A stretch of DNA of 63,805 nt, the filler included, from Reticulomyxa filosa (Eukaryota; Protista; Foraminifera): the NCBI GenBank assembly GCA_000512085.1. It is 10 parts of 10 records of this genome, joined end to end, with 100 filler letters (N's around TTAATTAATTAA, not from the genome) between each part and the next. Parts side by side here need not be neighbours in the genome. Positions count along the whole stretch, not along the records: positions 20,811 to 23,788 come from ASPP01049904.1; positions 23,889 to 31,845 come from ASPP01011367.1; 8 more parts are not named here. The stretch is one strand, 5' to 3'. This document shows, in pieces, positions 22,056 through 31,945 of this stretch (within the stretch, counting starts at the first letter, position 1; every line of letters starts with the position of its first letter). Both the position numbers and the translations under genes were made by a program. The notes beneath the pieces are model-generated. The model made no database searches. It saw only the letters and a list, made by a program, of their open reading frames with translations, and was not told the origin of the DNA.

Positions 22056-23579
22056 ATGCTACATTATATTTCCAATAATTTTTGGGCAGGCAATTTTCTA
22101 GCATTTATTTGTGGCATTAGTCTAACATTTGCATTTAGCCCCTTTAATATGCTATATTTAGTCCCCATTAGTATTTTAGGGCTCTTAATTCTATTAGATC
22201 ATTATAAGAGTAAAAAATACCAATTTTATCTTGGGCTTAGCTATGGATATGGACATTTTGCAACTAGCTTATATTGGATTATCTTTTCACTATTAGTAGA
22301 TGTTGAACATTTTGCTTGGATGATACCATTCGTATTAATTCTTATACCCTTAATTATAGCTGTTTTTATTGGAGTATTATGTCTTATAGCAGATTATTAT
22401 CGTGGGAATAGGGTAATCTACGTTTTAGCTTTTTCATCGTTATGGGTGATAATAGAGTATATAAGAAGCTATTTAATATTACCATTTCCATGGAATTTAT
22501 TGGGTTATACTTCGAATAGTTCATTGATTATAATGCAGTCATTGTCACTGGTCGGAGTAAGTGGATTGAGTTTTATCATATGTTTAGTTAGTAGCGTTGT
22601 ATATTCGAGAAATTATAAGTTAATTGCAATAGTGTTTTCCATAACAACCATGTTGATAGTTTATGGGTATAACAGATTAGAGACAAGCTCAGTGTTTAAT
22701 GATGGATATAACATTAGAATTGTTCAGCCAAATTTGATAGAGCATCACATGGGAGATAGAAGCAAGCAAATTTTAGCACTAGAAACTCTATTTGAGCTAA
22801 CATTTACAAATTTAGATCGTCATAAAGCTAATATTATTATTTGGCCAGAAGCAGCGTTTCCATTTGGCTATCATAATTTGACTCCATGGGAGAAGATTTT
22901 AAGCGAATCTATTCCTGCAAATGATTATTTAATTACTGGCATTGATCGTTATGAGTATGGAGATAATAAAGTTGTGAAGGCCTATAATTCTATAATTATT
23001 TTTGACCATAATGGTGCAACTAAATCTTCATATGACAAAGTAATACTAGTTCCATTTGGTGAGTTTGTTCCATTAAGAAGATTTCTACCCAACTTTATAG
23101 ACAAAGTTGCTTACGGTATTGGTGATTTTTCAGTTGGAAAAAATAAATCCTTATTAAAAATTAATGATGAATTTGCCGGGATTATTCCTTTGATTTGCTT
23201 TGAATCAATTTTTTCACATTATATAAAAGGATTTAACTTCAAAGATGCTGGATTATTATTAAATATAACAAATGATGCCTGGTTCGGGGATAGTATTGGG
23301 CCTTATCAACATTTAGCGATGGCGCGAGCTAGAGCTGTTGAATACGGGATACCTATGATTAGAGTTGCTAATAATGGAATATCTGCAGTTATTGATAGCA
23401 AAGGAAGAATTATTAATAGTATACTATTAAATACTAAAAGTATTATGGATATAAAAACACCACTTAAAGTTGAAAAAAGTACGATATATGCTGATTATCA
23501 ATATTTAATATTGCTTTTCGTTGCCATTTTGCTATTTATTTTAACTCTTGTTGAGAAAGTATTATATTCACATAAATAA
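22056..23579 (+). CDS. lnt: Apolipoprotein N-acyltransferase
   Basis: Multiple TMs, FPWNLLGY, VQPN, catalytic triad WPEAA / YDKVILVPFGEFVP / ICFE, TNDAWFG, RAVEYG..RVANNGIS. Confidence 0.96.
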   Translation: MLHYISNNFWAGNFLAFICGISLTFAFSPFNMLYLVPISILGLLILLDHYKSKKYQFYLGLSYGYGHFATSLYWIIFSLLVDVEHFAWMIPFVLILIPLIIAVFIGVLCLIADYYRGNRVIYVLAFSSLWVIIEYIRSYLILPFPWNLLGYTSNSSLIIMQSLSLVGVSGLSFIICLVSSVVYSRNYKLIAIVFSITTMLIVYGYNRLETSSVFNDGYNIRIVQPNLIEHHMGDRSKQILALETLFELTFTNLDRHKANIIIWPEAAFPFGYHNLTPWEKILSESIPANDYLITGIDRYEYGDNKVVKAYNSIIIFDHNGATKSSYDKVILVPFGEFVPLRRFLPNFIDKVAYGIGDFSVGKNKSLLKINDEFAGIIPLICFESIFSHYIKGFNFKDAGLLLNITNDAWFGDSIGPYQHLAMARARAVEYGIPMIRVANNGISAVIDSKGRIINSILLNTKSIMDIKTPLKVEKSTIYADYQYLILLFVAILLFILTLVEKVLYSHK

Positions 23580-23624
23580 TTTCGCAATCATCCCTTTACA
23601 TGTTACGGATTTAAAAAGCACCCA

Positions 23625-23788
23625 CTATGTTATTGCATTTAATAAAAATAAGTTGATTTTATTTTTAATTTTCTCTTCTTGAAGTTTTATTAATTGCTTT
23701 GAAGATTCAACAATTTTTCTTTCATTTTCAATTTGTTCTACGATTTTTTTTTTGGACTTCAATTGATAGTAACATTATTTTTATATTT
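23625..23788 (-). CDS. C-terminal fragment of a restriction-modification specificity (HsdS-like or type IIG) protein
   Basis: NIKIMLLSIEVQKK-[A10 frameshift]-IVEQIENERKIVESSKQLIKLQEEKIKNKIN resembles the IxIPLPPLExQxxIVxxI conserved helix. Confidence 0.6.
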
Positions 23789-23888
23789 NNNNNNNNNNNN
23801 NNNNNNNNNNNNNNNNNNNNNNNNNNNNNNNNTTAATTAATTAANNNNNNNNNNNNNNNNNNNNNNNNNNNNNNNNNNNNNNNNNNNN
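23789..23888. other. Artificial contig linker
   Basis: Same 100-bp linker. Confidence 0.99.
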
Positions 23889-23954
23889 GGGGGGGGGGGG
23901 AACTATTATATATACATATATGTATATTTATAATAATAATAATAATAATAATAG

Positions 23955-24684
23955 CTTGGACAAAGCTATGCGAATTATATGGCAACACGTCCAATAGAAC
24001 CGTATGAAGGTGAGGATGTGGTGGATGCGACATTGAACTTTTCAGCGCACGAATGGGACTTTGACAACGACATGGTGAGTGTGTATCGCAGCCGCGTGTC
24101 GCGAATAAACCACTTTGAGATGCTGCCGGAGGCACGTCGCTACTGTTTCCCCGAGTATTTCAGCGAGGGTCCGCTGCGGGACATGCCCGGGGGGAGGTTT
24201 TTGGCGCGCATTCGCATTCCAAAGCAGTTTGCGCAACACCGACAGTTTGTGACAATCCAAATCGAGGCGTTGGTGACGACGGCGAACAACGTGATCGAGT
24301 TGATCATGAAGCGATTGGACGAGCCGTACAAGTCGACAGCCGACCCGGAATCGTTTATTCTCAAAGTGGCGGGGTTCGAAGAGTACATTTACGGCACCAC
24401 CAAGGTGATCGAATATGAGGCAGTGCGAAGAGCCGTGCGCAACGAAGACGACGTGGAGTTTGTGTTGATCCAAAGGACAGACCGAAGAGAGGTTATTGAG
24501 AAGGAGCATTTGAAGCAAATCAAGTACGGCGAGACCTTTGCGAATGCATATGACGTGGTGTTGCGTGATCCAAATTTTGTGTCGGAAGATGAGCTATTGC
24601 AACGTATTGAAAATTTGTCACTCCTTACAAATGGTGGTAACATGACCAATACTACTATTGTTAATATTAATACTAATACTAATA

Positions 24685-24715
<31 letters not shown>

Positions 24716-25804
24716 TATTTCGGCGTCCTCTTCTTCCTCCTCGCTTCCTCGGGTTCGTGGACGTCATGACCGTCGCTCTTCCGACCGCAAAGTGCAGGAA
24801 CAAACCTCGTCGATCTCCAGCTCCAACTCCAACCTTGCGCAAGGGCAAATGCGTTCGAACTCCAAGACCAAGGGAACTGGAGGTGATGCTATCACTGCGA
24901 ATGGAACGGACGAGCAATCATCTTTCAACAATGGAAATGAAAAGGGTCTTTTGATAAGTAATAATAATAGTAATAATAATAATAATAAAATAATAATAAT
25001 AATAATAATAATAATAGTATTGATAGTGAAAATGACAATGACAACGACGAGGACAATGGACACTTGTTCGATGAAATGGACAACATAAAATCATTATACG
25101 AAGTACAATGGTGCTTTCGCGTGAAACTGGTGCAAGTGCTAAACGCACTCAAGTGCCTACGCTTCGACGAAAAGATGATGCGGTCGTTGAAGGTGGTGAT
25201 CGAACTCTGGCACGGCAATAGCCTGTTCGACAACTGCGTGCTGTCCACGGGCTTGCTGCCTTGCGATAACTACATATCTCACGGACAGTGGCTGGAGGCC
25301 AGGGAGCTGCAGTACTGTCAGATCCCCAGAGAGACGGTCATGTGTGTGCAGCTGATCGGTGTCATGAGTGACGGCAAGTCGGAAGAGTGTCTGGCGTGGT
25401 GTCGTCTGCCTCTCATCGATCATCGCCACAAACTGCGTCGCGGACGCTATCTGCTGACGCTGTGGGAAAACCATCCCAACGAAAAGTATAACAAAAACGT
25501 CTCCTCGTCCAAGGACGACCTGTACTCGTCCAGACCCTTCCGCTATCGCGGCACAAACAGAGACAAGTGTGTCAAGACCGTGGTGGTCGAAGAGCGCCCC
25601 ATCCTGCGAATGTGGAGTGACAACTTGGTGGACGACGCGACTGCAGACTTGGCTGATAGTATCAATGACACACCAGTCACACCAGACTATCACTCGGCCA
25701 ATAGTATCAACAATGACGACAATGACGATAGTGCATATGATAACAATAATAATAATAATAATAATAATAATGGAACAATTGGTAATGACACAAACAACGA
25801 TGAC

Positions 25805-25884
<80 letters not shown>

Positions 25885-27727
25885 TAATAACAATAACAAT
25901 AATAATAACAATAATAATAACAATAATGCAATAACTATTGCCACCACTCCAACTGGCGTGAACGTGCGCTCACATGCACCGAAACGTCGCCGCGAGTGCC
26001 AGATACTGATCGAGTTTGACGAGTTTGCGTTCGAGGTGATGGCGCCCAAATACATCCCACGTGATCGGTTTGAGTACGATGCGAACACGGTAGGTGGCGT
26101 GAAGAAGCTAAAGAAGTACGAGTTGCGCACGGAGCAGCGCATCCAGCTGGAGACAGTGATCACGAAGAACCCTCTGGACGACTTGACAGCCGAGGAAAAG
26201 AAGTTGGTATGGAGCTGTCGTGATTTCTTGTTCACCGACGGACAGAGTCTGCCGGCATTGTTGAGGTCGGTGGATTGGACCGACATTACATGCATAATCG
26301 AGTGTCACAAGTACTTGGACACGTGGACACCGCCGAGACACCCATGGGACGCCATTGAGTTTTTGGACTATCGCTTCACCGATACGTATCTACGCGAAAA
26401 GGCGATTCAATGGATCGCGGACATGCACGACTGCGATCTGAGCAAGTTTCTGTTGCAGCTGATCCAGTGCTTGAAGTATGAGAATCATCACAATAGTCGT
26501 CTGCAAGCATTTTTATTGGAGCGCGGACTACGTAACCCTTATCAAATCGGACACTTTCTGTTCTGGGCGCTCAAGGCCGAGTTCCATGAGCTGCATCATT
26601 GCGAGCGCTTTGGACTGCTGATGGAAGAGTATCTGAAGCATGCGGGAGAGCATGCTCGACAGCTGTTCATGCAGAACACTCTGTTGAAGCGCTTCGAACT
26701 GGTGGCCGACAAAGTGTCTCGTGCGTACAAAGTACACAAATGGAGTGTGGAGAAATGCAAGAGCATTTTGAAAAAAGAGCTGCACAAACTTAACAAAGAG
26801 CTCCCTCGACGTGGCATTCAAATCCCTTTGAATCCTCGTTGGAATGCCACCAAGATCATTGTGGATCGCTGTCGATTCATGGACTCGGCCAAAGTACCCC
26901 TTTGGCTCGAACTCGAAAACAGTGACCCCTTTGGCAAACCCATCACCGTCCTCTTCAAATCCGGCGATGACCTGCGACAAGATATGCTGACGATTCAAAT
27001 CTTGGAAATCATGGATCAAATGTGGCTGCAGCACAAACTCGACCTGCACTTAAAGCCTTATCGCGTGCTTGCCACAGGTGTGAACTCGAATATGGAAGGC
27101 GTGGGCATGCTCGAACTCGTACTCCCTTCCGTCACTGTCAAGGAAATCAATAAGCTGTACGGCACGTTCGCCAAAGAGAGCATCGATATGTACATTGTCA
27201 AACACAATCCTGGCACTGATGACTTGCTGAAGGCACGCGACAATTTCACGCGCTCGTGCGCGGGCTATTGCGTTGCTACGAGCGTCCTTGGCATTGGCGA
27301 CCGACATCCTTCCAACGTACTCATCTCCGATCGTGGACACTTTTTCCATATCGACTTTGGACATTTCTTGGGAAATTTCAAGAAAAAAATGGGAATGGAC
27401 CGCGAAAAGGTACCCTTGCTCTTCACTCCAGCGATGAAGTATTGCATCGATCAAGCCTCCAGATATGACGAGTTCTTGGCATGGGTCGCCGATGCCTTCA
27501 ATATCTTGAGGCAAGAGTCCAGGCTCCTCTTGGTCTTGTTCGCACTTATGGTCCCCGCTGGCATGCCCGAACTCACTCACGAAAAAGATATCGACTACTT
27601 CAAAAATATGCTGTCCTTGGATGCTGATAAAGATGGAGCCACTGAAGGCATACATGCCTTGGTCACTGCTGGAAGAAGAGATGTTCGACGACTATTCGAT
27701 CATTGGTTCCATCAACAAGTCCATTGA
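23955..27727 (+). CDS. Class I-type phosphatidylinositol 3-kinase (RBD, C2, helical, kinase); 5' partial; frameshift ~24988
   Basis: FILKVAGFEEYIYG (RBD), LLQLIQCLKYE (helical), FKSGDDLRQD, LGIGDRHPSN, HIDFGHFLG. The two ORFs are linked through an AAT repeat. Confidence 0.95.
25741..25928 (+). repeat. (AAT/AAC)n microsatellite encoding poly-Asn in PI3K
   Basis: Long AAT run in frame with the kinase ORF. Confidence 0.95.
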
Positions 27728-28269
27728 ACTTTGTTCCTCTCCATTTTTTTTTTTTTATTTTTTTTGTTGGGTGCAAAATTTAGTCACTCCCTTTTCTCCA
27801 CCCCCCCCTCCTCTTTTCCTCCGGTTTTTCTTGTCATCCAACAATAATTAAAAATTGTGTGTAAAAAAAAAAAACAAAATATACAGAGTTTGTTAATTTT
27901 TTTTATTATGTGTTTTTTTCTGAGGTAGCATGGCAGCAATTGGTTTTTTAAACAATACTGTTATCATGCCAAAGGGCTTTCTTTAAATAGGTAAACGTAA
28001 TCTCAACAATGCATTCAGTTTTTCACTAAAATACTTTCTCATTTTTCCGCTTATGACAAACAACATAACTCAATTATTACACTTTTTAATACCGTCATTG
28101 CTTTTTAAAAAAGCCGTGCATCTCAGGTTATCATACAAAAATTAAAACAAAGTTATCTAAGCTCATTTTTACCTTGTTACGGAAAATAAAAATTTGGGGC
28201 TCACAAGCGAGATTTTTGTTCACATAATTCATTCATTTGTTATTTCGTAACATCTTAGTGAAGGCAAAC

Positions 28270-29859
28270 ATGTCGTCAAACATAATGATCGAATCACAGC
28301 AATATCAACACATTTCGCCAGCATTGACGGTGGAAGATCTGAAACAAGTTACTGAAGTAAGCAAGCATGACGAACAAGGAAGAGATATTGACGTAAAGGA
28401 AGAAAGTAAAAAAGAAATCGATCAAAGTCAAGCAAGTGTGCAAGTATCAAAGGAAGGCATTTCAGAATTTTTAGATTTCAAGAAACACTGGGACAGTAAC
28501 TGGAGAAGAGCAAATTTAGAAGCAGCCAAAATGGTTGTAGAAATGCTAAACAACAGTGAAACAGGATTGATTGTTGTATCAAATATCACACAGTACCGTC
28601 AAGACAAAGACGCAAATGTAGAATGCAGTAATGAAAATCCCTATTCACTCCGTGGATTGATAATCAGTGGTAAATCCAAAAATTTACAGTTTGGTACATT
28701 CTGGACATTTATGATCAAAAGTAAATTTGTGATATTAGAGGATGTGTATATCGATGGGAATGTATATGCAATTGACTGTGAACTTCAATGCAAAGAAAAT
28801 TCCGCAATTGCAGTTCAGTTGATTGTTACAAAAAATACAGTCCTTGGGCCAACAGTAAATACTTTTATTCCTTCACCAATCCAATGGAATGCCAAAATTC
28901 ACTGTGACATTCCACGACAATTACAAGACCTCGAAGAAAAAGCACAACAGTATTTACAGAATCAACAATTTGAAAGCACAATTTCTCATTTACAAAAAAT
29001 GTTGCAAATTTCAACGGAAATCTTTGGCTTGGATAGTGTTTGGGCCATTGAAGCATATAACCGATTAGGGGACGCTTATTACAATAAACAACAGCATGAC
29101 CAAGCAATCAAATATTTTGAAAAAGCGCTAAATATTTGTTTGAAAGTTTTTGACGTAAATCATATTTGGGCTGGTAATTTGTACTATTGCTTGGGAACTG
29201 CTAGTTGCTGTAGCGGGCAGTATGGTCAAGCGCTTGAATATCATGAAAAAGCATTGAAAATCAAATTGAATGTTTTGGGGACTACACATGTTTGGGTTTC
29301 TGATTCATACTATAATTTAGCAGCTGTTTATTATAATAAAAAACAATATGACAAAGCTATAGAAAGTTATGAGTCGGCACTAAAAATTAGACTGGATGTT
29401 TTTGGAAACAATCATAAGGAAGTGGCTTGGGCATATAGCACGATAGCAAATACCTATTATTATAGAAATCAATATGACAAAGCAGCAGATTACTATGAAA
29501 AGGCATTAAAAATAAAGTTAGACATTCTTGGCATCAAAAATACTGAAGTAGCTCAGTTGTACTATTATTTAGGGGCTACTCATGCAAATAGAGACAAATA
29601 TGACAAAGCTATTGAATGTCATAAGAAAGCATTAATGATTAGAAAAGAAATATTTGGGAATGCACATATTGAAATTGGTTATTCATGTATAAACTTAGGA
29701 TTAGCTTTTGCAGAAATAGATGAAGATGCAGTTGCATATGAATATTATGAAGAAGCATGGAAAATATTTAGCGCATTGCTGGGAGAATGGCATGAAGAAA
29801 CAATTGAAGCAAAAGAAGCAGTCCAGCAATTAAGCGAATCATTACGTGATCAGAAATAG
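28270..29859 (+). CDS. TPR-repeat protein (42-aa periodic repeats) with unannotated N-terminal domain
   Basis: Repeats of the form YxxLGxxY..QYDKAIExxEKALxIxLxxxG in the C-terminal half. Intronless. Confidence 0.9.
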   Translation: MSSNIMIESQQYQHISPALTVEDLKQVTEVSKHDEQGRDIDVKEESKKEIDQSQASVQVSKEGISEFLDFKKHWDSNWRRANLEAAKMVVEMLNNSETGLIVVSNITQYRQDKDANVECSNENPYSLRGLIISGKSKNLQFGTFWTFMIKSKFVILEDVYIDGNVYAIDCELQCKENSAIAVQLIVTKNTVLGPTVNTFIPSPIQWNAKIHCDIPRQLQDLEEKAQQYLQNQQFESTISHLQKMLQISTEIFGLDSVWAIEAYNRLGDAYYNKQQHDQAIKYFEKALNICLKVFDVNHIWAGNLYYCLGTASCCSGQYGQALEYHEKALKIKLNVLGTTHVWVSDSYYNLAAVYYNKKQYDKAIESYESALKIRLDVFGNNHKEVAWAYSTIANTYYYRNQYDKAADYYEKALKIKLDILGIKNTEVAQLYYYLGATHANRDKYDKAIECHKKALMIRKEIFGNAHIEIGYSCINLGLAFAEIDEDAVAYEYYEEAWKIFSALLGEWHEETIEAKEAVQQLSESLRDQK

Positions 29860-30016
29860 GATTAAGGAGTTCAGAATAATCATAAGATTAATTATCTTTG
29901 ATAGGGAATATCTGTTTTTGGGCATCAGATTATTGTTTTAAAAGCATATTTGTTTTCAAAGTTTTCTTAATCGCGTTTTTGCAGTTATTTTTAACATCGC
30001 TTTATTCTTTTAAAGT

Positions 30017-30220
30017 ATAGTAGAATGCAAAGTAAAGTTGACACATAAAATGGCACCTTATAGAAATGATTGATTTTCTACATGAAAAAACAACATTCAG
30101 ACTTAATTTTTTTAAAAAAAATATATAAATGTATGTTTCTTCATGGAGAAAAGCAATTATCTTCAAGTAGTATTATATGTTACTGTTTTTTTTGCAAACT
30201 ACTGTATTTTGTTTGATTTA
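30017..30220. mobile_element. Short copy of the same inverted-repeat (MITE-like) element
   Basis: 30019-30091 matches 1981-2053 at 60/73 positions without gaps. An inverted arm lies at ~30134-30220. Confidence 0.6.
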
Positions 30221-30267
30221 TTTTATGTTTGATTTATTTTATGTTTGATTTATTTTATATTTGATTT
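30211..30267 (+). repeat. 16-bp tandem repeat (GTTTGATTTATTTTAT) x3.5
   Basis: Read directly from the sequence. Confidence 0.85.
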
Positions 30268-30905
30268 GATTTACATGAAATCCTTTTTAATGACACAAAA
30301 ATAGTCATTGTAATCGAAAGATTGCCATCGAGTATTGCTGGAGACGATCAAGTAATATTGCAATTGGATTACTATACGATGTCCAATTTTTCAGTGGACT
30401 CAATCATGATGATTGGAAAAGATAACCACAACTTACAAATCGCATTTGAACATTCTTTGACCGCCAAGACATTGACAAATTGCGGAAATCTTTAAAACAT
30501 TACAACACGATACAAAAAAGTACAATTCTGACTTAATGATAGTATCATTAATCGCAAAAATCAGCCTCAAAGCATGTAATTAATTCAATGATAAACAAAT
30601 ATATGAAACTTCAGTCTAAAGTAGTTTGATAGCAATTTAATTTTAGTAAACTTGACATTGAATGAAATAATAAGTATTTAAAATTTTCATATTTGATTCC
30701 AATGTGATCCATAAAAGTTTTCTTATATCTTAATTTTGCATTAAAAAAAGTTGAAGCATTTTTTTTATCTTTTGTCATCAAAGATTATCTCAAGAGAAAA
30801 CTAAAAGGAGTAATGAACTTAAACTTATCAACGAAAGCTTAGTCAAACTTGTCTTTAAGTTTTTTTATTTCTTTTATTTATCGTTGTTACATGTAATTGA
30901 AACAG

Positions 30906-31231
30906 TCAAAAGAAGAAGAGGCCCAAATAATTATTCAGTATTGGACATACACATCATGTATATACTATTGAGTATTCACCATTTGTGATAAAGAATAGTG
31001 ATGTAGTTGTTGGTGATAATCCAAATGTAATATGTTCTGGATCAATGGATAATACAATTCGATTTTGGGATATTCGATCAAATAAGAATGAATTGTATAT
31101 TATAAATGTAGATAAGAAGTGACATGTCTTAAATTTATGAAATTAAAAAAGAACAAACGAAAGTCAGATGTGATAGTTATATTAATTTATGTTATAGTTC
31201 AAGTTAATGTTCAGTTTGTGTTTGGGGATGA
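30906..31231 (+). pseudogene. Internally deleted WD40 pseudogene
   Basis: SKEEEAQIIIQYW is joined out of frame to GHTHHVYTIEYSPF..ICSGSMDNTIRFWDIRS, followed by stops and a final VCVWG*. Confidence 0.8.
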
Positions 31232-31710
31232 ATATATGTGAATTTTTTTTAGGTGAAAAGGCATTTACAAAAGTTTGTTTTGATTTCCATTTTAATTCAT
31301 TCAATCTACAATTATTCATTGTTCTTTTTTAACTTGTTACACTTGCGGGGGAGTTGGAAAAATTTTACAGTAAACTATTCCTAAACATAAAATCATCAAG
31401 CCCTTTTGTTCTGGATATTCAATTATCATCTGCTCTGCTTGATATACTTCTTCCTTCTAGATAAAAAAAGTCTAAAGCAAAGAGTTCTGCTGAAGTCTGA
31501 GTAAAAGAGCGTATGCAATTCAATTGTTCATTCTCTTTTGTGTCTATTGAATGGAGATTGAATTTTGCTGTTGTTTTCATTTGACTTTGTCAAAAATAAA
31601 AAATAAATAAACAGATTTACAATAATTTTAACCACTTTATAAAAATAGAGTTTCGTATTATCCCTTTTTAAACAAAACTTTTTTTTGGCATTTAGATTTC
31701 CAAATTTATT

Positions 31711-31818
31711 TCATATACTGTATTTGATAATAATTTGATAAAAATCATCGATCCATCCTAATTTTATCTTTACATTTCGAACAAAATATTGAATAATAAT
31801 TTGTATTTCTTTTTTTGA
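31711..31818 (-). CDS. Terminal exon consisting of the same module (gene extends beyond the contig)
   Basis: After an AG acceptor: SKKEIQIIIQYFVRNVKIKLGWIDDFYQIIIKYSI*. Confidence 0.7.
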   Translation of the reverse strand, partial: SKKEIQIIIQYFVRNVKIKLGWIDDFYQIIIKYSI

Positions 31819-31845
31819 CTATTCATTATTTATTTTTTATTATTT

Positions 31846-31945
31846 NNNNNNNNNNNNNNNNNNNNNNNNNNNNNNNNNNNNNNNNNNNNTTAATTAATTA
31901 ANNNNNNNNNNNNNNNNNNNNNNNNNNNNNNNNNNNNNNNNNNNN
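31846..31945. other. Artificial contig linker
   Basis: Same 100-bp linker. Confidence 0.99.

Noticed and set aside
20811-23788. Bacterial genes as a horizontal insertion in the host chromosome
   Set aside because: Bounded by linkers on both sides, with no host-bacterial junction or introns.
24960-25020. Programmed frameshift in PI3K
   Set aside because: The shift lies inside an AAT microsatellite and is best explained as an assembly error.
25690-26295. Poly-Leu, poly-Tyr and poly-Ile ORFs
   Set aside because: Alternative-frame or antisense readings of the AAT microsatellite in PI3K.
23955-27727. Functional clustering of PI3K, myotubularin and CLN3 as a phosphoinositide/lysosome locus
   Set aside because: They are on different contigs, so the adjacency is artificial.
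30290-30500. Short open frame KIVIVIERLPSSIAGDDQ...
   Set aside because: No start context, splice support or recognisable motif.
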